The translations under genes and the position numbers were made by a program. From positions 164-64,163 of the forward strand of contig JALHNS010000003.1 in the NCBI GenBank assembly GCA_022843445.1: 64,000 nt of DNA, given 5' to 3'. The stretch is from Gemmata sp. Its GTDB lineage: Bacteria > Planctomycetota > Planctomycetia > Gemmatales > Gemmataceae. A model generated the notes under the pieces. That model ran no database searches, was not told where the DNA came from, and worked only from the letters and a program-made list of their open reading frames with translations. Below are positions 42,420 to 51,981 of this stretch, piece by piece (position 1 is the stretch's first letter; each line of letters starts with the position of its first letter).

Positions 42420-45400
42420 ATGACCCGCACCCTCTGCCTCGCCGTGTTGCTTCTCCCCGCAACGGCGAGCGCCGCGCCGCCCGCGACCGCGGTCGCGTAC
42501 CGGCCCGACGGCTCTGTCGTGGCGTTCGTCAGCGGGAACGCGCTGCACGCATTCGACGCGACCGGCGAGATGCGCGGCGCGGTCGCCACGCAGCGCGCGA
42601 CCGCACTCGCGTTCGCGCCGAACGGGAAGGTGCTCGCGCTCGCCACCACCGAACCCGGGCGCAGCGGGAAGTTGCACCTGCTGTACCTCCCGCACGGCAT
42701 CGAGCGCCTCGGCGATCACATCAGTCCGGCGCGCGTCGCGCACAAAGACGCCATTTACGCGGTCGCGTTCTCGCCGGACGGTCGCACGGTCGCCACCGCG
42801 GGCTACGACCGCGTCATTCACCTGTGGGACGTGCCGGACCTCGAGCGGGTACACAAAGAAACCGGCGAGGCGAAGCCGCGCCTCACGCTGAAAGACCACA
42901 GCGACGCGGTGTACGGGCTGGCGTTCCACCCCGACGGCAAGTTGCTCGCGAGCGCCGGCGCGGACCGCGCCGTGAAGGTGTGGGACGCCGCCACCGGCAA
43001 GCGCCTCTACACGCTCGGCGACGCCACCGATTGGGTGTACTGCGTCGCGTGGAGTGCCGACAAGAAGCACCTCGCCGCCGCCGGCGTGGACAAAAGCGTG
43101 CGCGTGTGGGAAGCGAACGCCGAAGGTGGCAAGCTCGTAAGCACCGCGTTCGCGCACGAGAAACCGGTGTGGCGGCTCGCGTTCGCCGACGCCGGCAAGA
43201 CGTTGTACACGGTCGGCGAAGACCGCGTCGTGAAGAAGTGGGACGCGGGCAAGCTCACCGAAACGAAGGTGTTCGCCGCGCAACCGGACGCGATTCTCGA
43301 CTTCGCAGTACGTGCCGACGGCAAGCAACTCGCACTCGCACGCTTCGACGGCGCAAACGTGCTGCTCGACCCTGCGAGTGGCAAAGCGGCGACACTCGTA
43401 CCGCGCGCGAAGGTCGATCCGAACGTGAAGCCGGCCGGTGGCGCGCAACCGAAAGCCGCGCCGCCGAAGGTGGATCGCCTGTTTCCCGCGGGCGCGACTC
43501 GCGGCGCGAGAGTGGCGCTAACGGTCTTCGGCTCGAACCTCGAAGGCGTGCGTACTGTAACTTCGAGTTCGCCGGAAGTGAGCGCGATTTTCACGAGTGC
43601 CGGGAGGAGGCCCAATGCCTTGGATCTTCGCATCGCTATCGGCGACAGCGCGCCAGTGGGTGCGGTGCAACTCACCTTTGAGTCGCCCGCCGGTAATGTA
43701 ACGGTGCCGTTCGCGGTGGATCACTTCGCGGCAGTGGCCGAAGGTGGCGCGACCGATTCGGCGCGCACCGCGACCGAAGTGAAACTGAACAGCACACTCG
43801 TCGGCGTCATCGACCGCGCCGGCGACGTCGATTACTTCCGCTTCCGCGCACCGGCCGGTGCGCAAATCGGCGCGCAAATCACCGCCGCCGAGCTCGGCTC
43901 GAAGCTCGACACGGCGCTGGTGCTCACCGACGAAGCCGGCACCGTGCTGGCCGAAGGCGGAACCGCGCTCGGCTTCACCACGCGCGCCGCGGGCGTGTAC
44001 GCGGTGGGCGTGCGCGACCGCGAGTTCCGCGGCGCGCCGGATTTCACTTACCGATTGCACGTGGGCGCGGTGCCGGTCGTGACGGGCGCGTTCCCGCTCG
44101 CGGTGGCCCGCGGGCGCGAAACGGTCGTTCACGTGTCCGGCGTGCACCTGTCGGCCAGCGGCACGCTCACCGCGAAAGTGAAGGTGCCCGCGGACGCCGT
44201 GCCCGGCTCGAAGGTAAACGTGCCGCTCCCGCTCAGCGCCGCGGGCAGCGCGCAAGTGGTCGTGTCCGAGTTCGCGGGTGTTGTGATCGACCCGACCGCG
44301 GGTGCGGACGTGCGCGCGCCCGGCGCGGCCGACGGCATCTTCACGAAGCCGAACGAGGCGCAAGTCGTGCGCTTTAGTGCGAAAAAGGGCGAGCGGCTCG
44401 TGCTGGAAGTGCTCGCGCAGCGCGCCGGTTCGCCGGTCGATCCGGTGCTGGAAATCCTCGACGCCGCGGGCAAGCCGGTGCCCCACGCGACGCTCCGCTG
44501 CACCGCGAAGACCAGCGTCACGTTCCGTGACCACGACTCGCGGCAGGGCGGCATCCGGCTCGACGCGTGGAACGAACTCGCCATCGACGATTACGTCTTC
44601 GTGGGCGGCGAGCTGATGCGGATTCTCGCGCTGCCGCGCGGCCCGGACGACGACTGCCAGTTCTACCAAGCCGGCGGGCAGCGCACCGGGTTCCTCGGCA
44701 CCACGCCGGTTCACCATTTCTTCGGCGAACCGCTGTACAAGGTGGAACTGCACCCGCCGGGCAAGACGTTCCCGCCGAACGGGATGCCGGTGTTCGCGCT
44801 GAACTACCGCAACGACGACGGCGGGCCCGGCTTCGGCAAAGACAGCTTCGTCCTTTTCGATGTTCCGGCCGACGGCGGGTATCAAGTGCGGGTGACCGAC
44901 GCGCGCGGCGCGCACGGGCCGTCTCATGCGTTCCGCGTCCTCGTGCGCGCACCGAAGCCGGACTTCGGCGTGACCGCGAGCGCGGCCGGCCCGCAGTTGC
45001 TGAAGGGCGGCTCGGTGCCGGTGAACGTCACGATTTCGCGCGCCGACGGGTTCGACGGCGAAGTGACCGTGCGGCTGAAGAACCTACCGGCGGGCCTGAG
45101 CGCGCCGGCAACATTCGTTGAAGCCGGGCACCACACCACCGCGTTCCCGCTGTTCGCGGACGCGACCGCGGCGCTCCCGGACAAGCCTAACGTGGTGCTG
45201 GTGGCAACGGCGACGATTGCCGGTAAGGAAGTGACGCGCGAGATACCACTTCCGCTCCCCGCGAAGCTCGGCGCCGGGGACATCGTCACGACGCTTCGCA
45301 CCGAAGCGCTGAGCATCAAGCCCGGTGGCGAGGCGCGGTTCGTGGTGGAGATCGCGCGACAGGGCAAGTTCGCGGGCCGCGTCCCCATCGAAGTGCGTGG

Positions 45401-45596
45401 CCTCCCGCACGGCGTTCGCGTGCTGAACGTGGGGCTGAACGGCATCCTGATTACGGAGCGCGAAACGGCGCGCGAGGTGGTGCTGTACGCCGAGCCGTGG
45501 GTGAAGCCCTTGGCGCACCCAATCATCGTGACCGCGCGCCGCGAGGGCGGCGGCGAATACGGCGCGAAGCCGCTCGCGCTGACCGTGGGGAAGTAG
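42420..45596 (+). CDS. WD40-repeat and PPC (pre-peptidase C-terminal) domain protein
   Basis: AHKDAIYAVAFSPDG...IHLWD repeats; GDVDYFRF, DGGYQVRVTDARG; signal peptide. Confidence 0.9.
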   Translation: MTRTLCLAVLLLPATASAAPPATAVAYRPDGSVVAFVSGNALHAFDATGEMRGAVATQRATALAFAPNGKVLALATTEPGRSGKLHLLYLPHGIERLGDHISPARVAHKDAIYAVAFSPDGRTVATAGYDRVIHLWDVPDLERVHKETGEAKPRLTLKDHSDAVYGLAFHPDGKLLASAGADRAVKVWDAATGKRLYTLGDATDWVYCVAWSADKKHLAAAGVDKSVRVWEANAEGGKLVSTAFAHEKPVWRLAFADAGKTLYTVGEDRVVKKWDAGKLTETKVFAAQPDAILDFAVRADGKQLALARFDGANVLLDPASGKAATLVPRAKVDPNVKPAGGAQPKAAPPKVDRLFPAGATRGARVALTVFGSNLEGVRTVTSSSPEVSAIFTSAGRRPNALDLRIAIGDSAPVGAVQLTFESPAGNVTVPFAVDHFAAVAEGGATDSARTATEVKLNSTLVGVIDRAGDVDYFRFRAPAGAQIGAQITAAELGSKLDTALVLTDEAGTVLAEGGTALGFTTRAAGVYAVGVRDREFRGAPDFTYRLHVGAVPVVTGAFPLAVARGRETVVHVSGVHLSASGTLTAKVKVPADAVPGSKVNVPLPLSAAGSAQVVVSEFAGVVIDPTAGADVRAPGAADGIFTKPNEAQVVRFSAKKGERLVLEVLAQRAGSPVDPVLEILDAAGKPVPHATLRCTAKTSVTFRDHDSRQGGIRLDAWNELAIDDYVFVGGELMRILALPRGPDDDCQFYQAGGQRTGFLGTTPVHHFFGEPLYKVELHPPGKTFPPNGMPVFALNYRNDDGGPGFGKDSFVLFDVPADGGYQVRVTDARGAHGPSHAFRVLVRAPKPDFGVTASAAGPQLLKGGSVPVNVTISRADGFDGEVTVRLKNLPAGLSAPATFVEAGHHTTAFPLFADATAALPDKPNVVLVATATIAGKEVTREIPLPLPAKLGAGDIVTTLRTEALSIKPGGEARFVVEIARQGKFAGRVPIEVRGLPHGVRVLNVGLNGILITERETAREVVLYAEPWVKPLAHPIIVTARREGGGEYGAKPLALTVGK

Positions 45597-45600
45597 ATGG

Positions 45601-45754
45601 GTAAGAATAACGAGCCGCGAACGCGAGTGAGCGGCAGTTGCGGCGGTTTGTGTATACGGGCGAGTGGCACCAGGTAAGAATAACGAGCCGCGAACGCGAG
45701 TGAGCGGCAGGCGCTTGAGAAAGCCTGCCGCTCTTTCGCGTTCGCGGCTCGTTA
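45601..45754. repeat. REP-like repeat cluster, family A
   Basis: 37-bp direct repeat at 45601-45637 and 45674-45710; inverted copy at 45725-45754 with 2 mismatches; located between convergent genes. Confidence 0.85.
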
Positions 45755-45761
45755 CTGCGCC

Positions 45762-47075
45762 TCACTTCCCGCTCACGCAATACAGGTGCGTGGTGGTGCG
45801 CAGGAAGAGCGCGCCGTCGGCCACCGCGGGCGACGCCATGAACCCCGGCGGCGACGCTTTGCTGCCGTCCGCCAAGCGGTTCTCGCTTACGACGGTCAGC
45901 TTGCGGTCGGCCTTTACGACGGTCGTTTTGCCCACCTGACCGCAGAAGTACACGTTACCGCCCGCGAGCACCGGCGAGGCGCTGAACTCGCCGTCCAACC
46001 GCTCGCTCCACTGCAACTTCCCGGTCTTCGCGTCCAAACAGCTCGCGATGCCGTTGTCGGCAACCATGAACACCAAGTCGTTGTGAACGAGCATCACGGA
46101 CCGCGTACACACGTCCTTCGCGTAGTCCCACGCGATCGCGTCCTTCGGCACCGCGCCCTTCAGCCCTTCGGGCTTCAGCGCGAGCAGCTTCTTCGTGTGA
46201 CCGCTGTTCACATACAAGAGACCGTTGGCGAACAGCGGGCGCGCCGAACCGTTCATGCCGCCGTGCGTGAGCCGCCACAGCTCCTCACCGGTCTTCGGGT
46301 CGTAGCCGATGGTGCATTCCGCCGACGGGCACACCAGCGTCGCGCGGCCGTCGAGCGTGTGAACCGCGGGCGTGGCGTACGCCTTCTTGTAGTCGCCGTT
46401 GTCGGTGGAATACTTGATCTTGCGGTCGGTCTTCCAGACCGTTTCGCCGGTCTTCTTGTTCAGCGCCGCCACGTACTGATAATCCGCGCCGTCGAAAATC
46501 AGATACAGCAGGTCGCCGTGAAGCGCGGGCGACGACCCCGCGCCGCGGAAGTGGTCGCACTTGAAGTCGAGGCGCTCCCACAGCACCTTGCCGCGTTCGC
46601 AATCGACGCAGAACGTGCCGTGGCTGCCGAAGTGCGCGTACAGCTTCCCGGCTTCGAGCACCGGTGTCGGCGAGGCGTAGCTGTTGAACGGGTGGCAGTA
46701 CGCGGGCTTTTGCTCGGCGCGCAGTTGGATGTCGTGGAGCTTCTTCCCGGTGTCGCGGTCGAAGCACACCGCGAAGAAGCGGGCCTCTTTCACCGGGTTG
46801 GCCGGCGGGCCGCCCTTCTTCGCCGGTTCCTTGTCCCCCATGATTTCGTCGCACGTCGTCACCCACACCTGCTTGCCGCTCACCACCGGCGACGACCACC
46901 CTTTGCCGTGAACTTCGGCCTTCCAGCGCAGGTTCTCCTTCTCGCTCCACACGGTGGGCACGTTCTTGGCGGTCGAAACGCCGTCGCCGGTGGGGCCGCG
47001 GAACCCGGGCCACTCGTCGGCCGCGCGTGCGAGTCCGAACGTAGCGACGAGGGCGAAGGAAACGAGTGCGCGCAT
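45762..47075 (-). CDS. PQQ-like beta-propeller (BamB-like) protein
   Basis: EWPGFRGPTGDG, WSSPVV, NSYASPTP, GAGSSP, FSASPV, FMASPAV. Confidence 0.92.
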   Translation of the reverse strand: MRALVSFALVATFGLARAADEWPGFRGPTGDGVSTAKNVPTVWSEKENLRWKAEVHGKGWSSPVVSGKQVWVTTCDEIMGDKEPAKKGGPPANPVKEARFFAVCFDRDTGKKLHDIQLRAEQKPAYCHPFNSYASPTPVLEAGKLYAHFGSHGTFCVDCERGKVLWERLDFKCDHFRGAGSSPALHGDLLYLIFDGADYQYVAALNKKTGETVWKTDRKIKYSTDNGDYKKAYATPAVHTLDGRATLVCPSAECTIGYDPKTGEELWRLTHGGMNGSARPLFANGLLYVNSGHTKKLLALKPEGLKGAVPKDAIAWDYAKDVCTRSVMLVHNDLVFMVADNGIASCLDAKTGKLQWSERLDGEFSASPVLAGGNVYFCGQVGKTTVVKADRKLTVVSENRLADGSKASPPGFMASPAVADGALFLRTTTHLYCVSGK

Positions 47076-47222
47076 CGAGAGGGTTCCGAAAGAAAGGTGG
47101 GGTTAGGCGGGTAAGTGGTGACAGACTACCGCGAAGATGTGCCGGTTACAACGGACAAGCCGTGTGCGGTGCGGTAGACTGCTCCACAATTCCCCCCTCT
47201 CTCACCTGCCGAGCGTACCCAC

Positions 47223-50054
47223 ATGTCGCTGACGCCCGAACTCGCGCGCCTGACCGACCCGAACGAACTGCCCGCGTGGCGGCGCTGGGGGCCGTACCTC
47301 TCCGACCGGCAGTGGGGCACCGTCCGCGAGGACTACTCCGACAAAGCGGACCCGTGGAACTACTTCCCGTTCTGGCACGCGCACAAGCGCGCGTACCGGT
47401 GGGGCGAAGACGGCCTCGCCGGCATCAGCGACGACAACCAGTTCCTGTGCCTCGGCCTCGCACTGTGGAACGGCCAAGACCCGATCCTGAAGGAGCGGCT
47501 GTTCGGCCTGACGAACGAACAGGGCAACCACGGCGAAGACGTGAAGGAACTGTACTACCACCTCGACGCCACGCCGACGCACAGCTACCTGAAGATGCTC
47601 TACAAGTACCCGCAGCGGCGGTACCCCTACGAGCGCCTCATGGAAGAGACGAAGCGCCGCGGGCGGCACGAACCGGAGTACGAACTGCTCGATACCGGGC
47701 TGTTCGACGACAACCGGTACTTCGACGTGTTCGTGGAGTACGCGAAGGCCGGCCCGCGCGACATTCTCATGCGCGTCACCGCCCACAACCGCGGCCCCGA
47801 AGCGGCGACGCTGCACATCCTGCCGCAACTCTGGTTCCGCAACACGTGGAGTTGGAAGCCGGACCAGCCGAAGCCCGCGATCCTGCACTCGTCGCACGGC
47901 GGGCTGAAGCTGTTCCACCCCGAGTGGGACGCCTACCGGTTCTGGGCCGGCGGCGCGACACGCGCCGGCGAGCAGTTCCACACCGGCATACCCTCGATGA
48001 CGCGGTTCGGCTACCTGTTCTGCGAGAACGAGAGCAACAACCCCGCCCTGTACGGCACTCAAGAAGAAGGGCCGTTCAAGGACGGGTTCCATGAGGCCGT
48101 GATTCGCGGGAACCGCGGCGCGATCTCCACCGAGGGCGGCACGAAGGCCGCCGCGCACTACAAGTTCTCGATCCCCGCGGGCGAAGCGGTCGTGGTGCGG
48201 TGCCGGTTGCGGCACGCCTCCGACGGCCCGGACGATCCGTTCGTGGAGTTCGAGGAAACGTTCGCCAAGCGCATCGCCGAGGCCGACGCGCTGTTCGCGG
48301 AACTCCAGAAGGACATTCCCAGCGCCGACGCGCGGATGGTGCAGCGGCAAGCCGTCGCGGGGCTGATCTGGACCAAGCAACTGTTCAACTACGACGTGTA
48401 CCGGTGGCTGAAGGGCGACGCGGCGCAGCCGCCGCCCCCGGAGCACCGCTGGTACGGCCGCAACAGCGACTGGCAGCACTTCAAAGCGAACGACGTGATC
48501 TCGATGCCGGACAAGTGGGAGTACCCGTGGTTCGCCGCGTGGGACTTGGCGTTCCACGCGGTCGCGTTCGCGCCGTTCGACCCGGAGTTCGCGAAGGACC
48601 AACTGCTGCTGCTGTGCCGCGAGTGGTACATGCACCCGAACGGGCAACTGAGCGCCTACGAGTGGAACTTCGGCGACACCAACCCGCCGGTTCACGCGTG
48701 GGCCGCGTGGCGCGTGTTCCAGATCGACCGCAAGTTCCGGCACATGCACCGCACCGGGCACGTGGCGCACGGCGAGCACTACAAGGGCGAAACCGCCGAC
48801 GCCGCCGACGCGGATTGGGGGTTCCTCGAGCGCGTGTTCCACAAGCTGATGATGAACTTCACGTGGTGGGTGAACAAGAAGGACTCGCAAGGGCGGAACG
48901 TGTTCCAAGGCGGGTTCTTGGGCTTGGACAACATCGGCGTGTTCGACCGCAGCCACCCGCTCCCGACCGGCGGCTTCATCAACCAAGCCGACGGCACCGC
49001 GTGGATGGCGATGTACTCGCTGAACCTGATGCGCATGGCGCTGGAACTGGCGACCCGCAACCGCGCCTACGAAGACATCGCGATCAAGTTCTTCGAGCAC
49101 TTCCTCAGCATCGCGAAGGCGATGACCGACATGGGCGGTAAGGGCGTGGGCCTCTGGGACGACAAGGACGGGTTCTATTACGACGAGCTCACCTTCCCGG
49201 ACGGCCGCGTGGTGCCGCTGAAGGTGCGGTCGATGGTGGGCCTGATCCCGCTGTTCGCGGTGGAGGTGCTGGAGCCGGAACTGCTCGCGCAGATGCCGGC
49301 GTTCGCGAACCGGCTGCGGTGGGTGCTGGACAACCGCGCCGACCTCGCGAACCTCGTGTCCCGCTGGTTCGAGCCGGGGCGCGGCGAGCGCCGGCTGCTC
49401 TCACTGCTGCGCGGGCACCGCATGAAGAAGCTGCTCGCGCGGCTGCTGGACGAAAACGAGTTCCTCAGCCCCCACGGGGTGCGCGGGCTGTCGCGGTACC
49501 ACAAGGACCACCCGTACCGGTTCCGCTCCGACGGCACCGAGGTGACGGTGGCCTACGTGCCCGGCGATTCCGACAGCGGCATGTTCGGGGGCAACTCGAA
49601 CTGGCGCGGCCCGGTGTGGTTCCCGGTGAACTTCCTCATCGTGGAGAGCCTGCAGAAGTTCCACCACTACTACGGCACCGACTTCAAAATCGAACTGCCG
49701 ACCGGCAGCGGGCGCGAGGGCACGGTGCTCGACGCCGCGGTCGAAATCACGCGCCGGCTCACCCGCATCTTCCTGCGCGACGCCCACGGCCGCCGCCCGT
49801 GCTTCGGGAAGTACGAGAAGATGCAGACCGACCCACACTTCCGCGACTACCTGCTGTTCCACGAGTACTTCCACGGCGACAACGGCACCGGGATCGGCGC
49901 GAACCACCAGACCGGTTGGACCGCGCTGGTGGCGAAGCTGCTGAACCCGCGGCGCGGCGAGAAGCTGTACGACGAGCCCGCGACCGCGGCCGCGCCGACC
50001 GCGGACACGCCCGGCGGCGTCTCGGTGGGCAAGTCGGCGCGCACCGGCGGCTGA
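47223..50054 (+). CDS. GH63/MGH1-like glycoside hydrolase
   Basis: WGPYLSDRQWGTVREDYS, SMPDKWEYPWFAAWDLAFH, WNFGDTNPPVHAW, NWRGPVWFP, EYFHGDNG..IGANHQTGWT. Confidence 0.92.
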   Translation: MSLTPELARLTDPNELPAWRRWGPYLSDRQWGTVREDYSDKADPWNYFPFWHAHKRAYRWGEDGLAGISDDNQFLCLGLALWNGQDPILKERLFGLTNEQGNHGEDVKELYYHLDATPTHSYLKMLYKYPQRRYPYERLMEETKRRGRHEPEYELLDTGLFDDNRYFDVFVEYAKAGPRDILMRVTAHNRGPEAATLHILPQLWFRNTWSWKPDQPKPAILHSSHGGLKLFHPEWDAYRFWAGGATRAGEQFHTGIPSMTRFGYLFCENESNNPALYGTQEEGPFKDGFHEAVIRGNRGAISTEGGTKAAAHYKFSIPAGEAVVVRCRLRHASDGPDDPFVEFEETFAKRIAEADALFAELQKDIPSADARMVQRQAVAGLIWTKQLFNYDVYRWLKGDAAQPPPPEHRWYGRNSDWQHFKANDVISMPDKWEYPWFAAWDLAFHAVAFAPFDPEFAKDQLLLLCREWYMHPNGQLSAYEWNFGDTNPPVHAWAAWRVFQIDRKFRHMHRTGHVAHGEHYKGETADAADADWGFLERVFHKLMMNFTWWVNKKDSQGRNVFQGGFLGLDNIGVFDRSHPLPTGGFINQADGTAWMAMYSLNLMRMALELATRNRAYEDIAIKFFEHFLSIAKAMTDMGGKGVGLWDDKDGFYYDELTFPDGRVVPLKVRSMVGLIPLFAVEVLEPELLAQMPAFANRLRWVLDNRADLANLVSRWFEPGRGERRLLSLLRGHRMKKLLARLLDENEFLSPHGVRGLSRYHKDHPYRFRSDGTEVTVAYVPGDSDSGMFGGNSNWRGPVWFPVNFLIVESLQKFHHYYGTDFKIELPTGSGREGTVLDAAVEITRRLTRIFLRDAHGRRPCFGKYEKMQTDPHFRDYLLFHEYFHGDNGTGIGANHQTGWTALVAKLLNPRRGEKLYDEPATAAAPTADTPGGVSVGKSARTGG

Positions 50055-50110
50055 CTGTGGAAGAGCGTTCCGCCCGACGGGGCGGGGACGTCGCTCACCC
50101 CGTCGGGCGC

Positions 50111-50196
50111 AAAGTGTGTGCGGCGGCGTTGGGCACCCCACCTCCGCACACACTTTGCGGAGGTCCGCACTCATACTTTCCGCTCCGCACACACTT
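50111..50196. repeat. Short repeat cluster (TCCGCACACACTT units)
   Basis: Exact copies at 50143-50155 and 50184-50196, degenerate copy at 50164-50179, inverted copy at 50111-50123. Confidence 0.7.
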
Positions 50197-50235
50197 AAAT
50201 CCGATTCACAAAAACACGTCGAACCGTCCGGCCGC

Positions 50236-50655
50236 TCACTCCGCGCGCGGGAGCGTCCAGCACGACTCGTGCTTCTGCATCCCGATGTGCGGGTAGTAGC
50301 CCACCGCGGCCGGGGCCGCCAGCAGCACGAGCAGCGTGCGCGGTCCGGCCGCTGCGTGCGTGCGGCGGATCAGTTCCTTCCCGATCCCGCGGCGCTGGAA
50401 CGCCGCATCGACCGCGAGGTCGGACAGGTACGTTGCGAAGTGAAAGTCGGTGAGCGCGCGCGACACGCCCACTAGCAGCCCACCGCACCGCGCCGTGACG
50501 ATCAGGCTCGCGTGCTTCAGCATCCCCGCGACGCGCGCGCTGTCGGCGACCGGGCGGCGCGCCGCAAGTGTGGAGCGCTCCAGCACGTCGATGAACTCCG
50601 CAACCGTGAGCGCCGGTTCGAGTGCGTAGGTGATTTCGTCCGTTGGTGACTTCAT
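50236..50655 (-). CDS. GNAT-family N-acetyltransferase
   Basis: [21 protein letters not shown]; [15 protein letters not shown]; start moved to MKSPTDE because the longer start lies inside a REP. Confidence 0.9.
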   Translation of the reverse strand: MKSPTDEITYALEPALTVAEFIDVLERSTLAARRPVADSARVAGMLKHASLIVTARCGGLLVGVSRALTDFHFATYLSDLAVDAAFQRRGIGKELIRRTHAAAGPRTLLVLLAAPAAVGYYPHIGMQKHESCWTLPRAE

Positions 50656-50659
50656 GGGA

Positions 50660-50759
50660 GTAGGCACGCTCCGCGTGCCGTTCTAAAGAGAGCGGACGGC
50701 AGAGCGCATCGTTGGTGAGCTGACTCGGCCCGAACACACGGCACGCGGAGCGTGCCTAC
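50660..50759. repeat. GTAG-type REP inverted doublet (REPIN-like), family B
   Basis: GTAGGCACGCTCCGCGTGCCGT at 50660-50681 and its exact reverse complement at 50738-50759. Confidence 0.85.
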
Positions 50760-50788
50760 TACTTTGAAGACACGCTTCGCGGGCGCGC

Positions 50789-51277
50789 TCACTTCGGGCC
50801 GGCGTACTGGTAGGCGTCGCCGAGCAGTGTCCGCGTCATGTGGATGATTTCCTGTGCGTGCCCGCGAAAGTGCGCGAGGCACCGCACCACGGCTTGAATC
50901 CCGGTCCAGTCGTTGTTGTTCACGCGCACCACGGTTGCGAGCCGCTCGTCCGTCGCGAGCGCGAGCGCGCTCTTGGCGGCGCTCACCGCGGCCGTGAGGT
51001 TCGCCAGCAGTTCGGCCTTCGGCACCGCGTCGCGCGCCGCGAACTCCTGCGGCCGGTTCCGCACGTCCGGCGCGCCGGTGAGGTTGTGCGCGATCATCTG
51101 CGTCACGTTCCCGGTGAGGTGCAGCAGCAGGTTGCCGATCGCGTTCAGCCCGTGCGGCGGCCGGTGCCACACCTGCTCTTCGGACAGCTGAGTCACGCAG
51201 TGCGCGACGCGCGACAGCGCCGCCTCCAGTTCGTCGCACACCGCGAAGTTCAGCGCCGCCCGCAGTTCGGAAGGCAT
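50789..51277 (-). CDS. DinB/DUF1572-family protein
   Basis: QVWHRP..GLNAIGNLLLHLTGN, VRNRPQEF, HFRGHAQEII. Confidence 0.85.
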   Translation of the reverse strand: MPSELRAALNFAVCDELEAALSRVAHCVTQLSEEQVWHRPPHGLNAIGNLLLHLTGNVTQMIAHNLTGAPDVRNRPQEFAARDAVPKAELLANLTAAVSAAKSALALATDERLATVVRVNNNDWTGIQAVVRCLAHFRGHAQEIIHMTRTLLGDAYQYAGPK

Positions 51278-51293
51278 TGGGGGTTCTCCTGTG

Positions 51294-51320
51294 AACGAGC
51301 CGCGAACGCGAGTGAGCGGC
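51294..51320. repeat. REP-like family A copy
   Basis: AACGAGCCGCGAACGCGAGTGAGCGGC, identical to the core of the 45.6-kb copies. Confidence 0.85.
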
Positions 51321-51321
51321 A

Positions 51322-51954
51322 CTACCGGTGCACGAACCACAGGGTCCACAGCGTGAGGCCGAACGACATCCGCAGCGCGATTTGCAGCGACACCCACCAC
51401 AGGCTCGCGTTCAGCATGCCGCGGGCGGTGTCGAGGCTCTTTTGCAGTTCCGTGTCCACGATCCGCTGCGGGTTCACGATGCCGAGCGTGAAGATGCGCA
51501 CGAGCCGCCCCTTCCCGCCGAGCCAGCCCTCCGCGTCGTCCAGTTGCTTCTCGGTCGCGTCGCGGTCGAACCGGCCGACGCGCAGAATGAAGTACAGATC
51601 GACCGCCAACATCGGGATGAGGGGCACAAGAATGATCGCGTACCACCACCACGCGTCGAGCGTGGCGAACGTGATGGTCGCCTGCGGGTAAATGACGCGC
51701 GACACCACGAGCTGCAACACCGTGAGCGCGAGCGCGAGCAGCGCCGGCCGGAAGAACGACCAGTTCAGCAGCAGGCTCTGGTGCTCCGCGAGCCGGCCCA
51801 TGAGCTTGGGCCAGCGCCCGCGAACGCCGATGAGCAGTTTGATCGCGTCGAGGTACACGTCCCACCGCCGCAACAGGCTGATGAGGAACATGACGGTGAC
51901 GTAAAAGTCGAACACGCGGATCAAGTTGATCGGCGGTCGTTCGATCGGGTCCAT
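51322..51954 (-). CDS. Hypothetical membrane protein
   Basis: 210 aa with about 4 hydrophobic segments. Confidence 0.75.
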   Translation of the reverse strand: MDPIERPPINLIRVFDFYVTVMFLISLLRRWDVYLDAIKLLIGVRGRWPKLMGRLAEHQSLLLNWSFFRPALLALALTVLQLVVSRVIYPQATITFATLDAWWWYAIILVPLIPMLAVDLYFILRVGRFDRDATEKQLDDAEGWLGGKGRLVRIFTLGIVNPQRIVDTELQKSLDTARGMLNASLWWVSLQIALRMSFGLTLWTLWFVHR

Positions 51955-51981
51955 CGGGCGCGCTCGCGGGTGCGTGTGGCG

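Noticed and set aside
45601-45754. CRISPR mini-array (37-bp repeat, 36-bp spacer)
   Set aside because: Only two direct copies followed by an inverted copy; the same core is dispersed elsewhere as a REP; no cas genes in the window.
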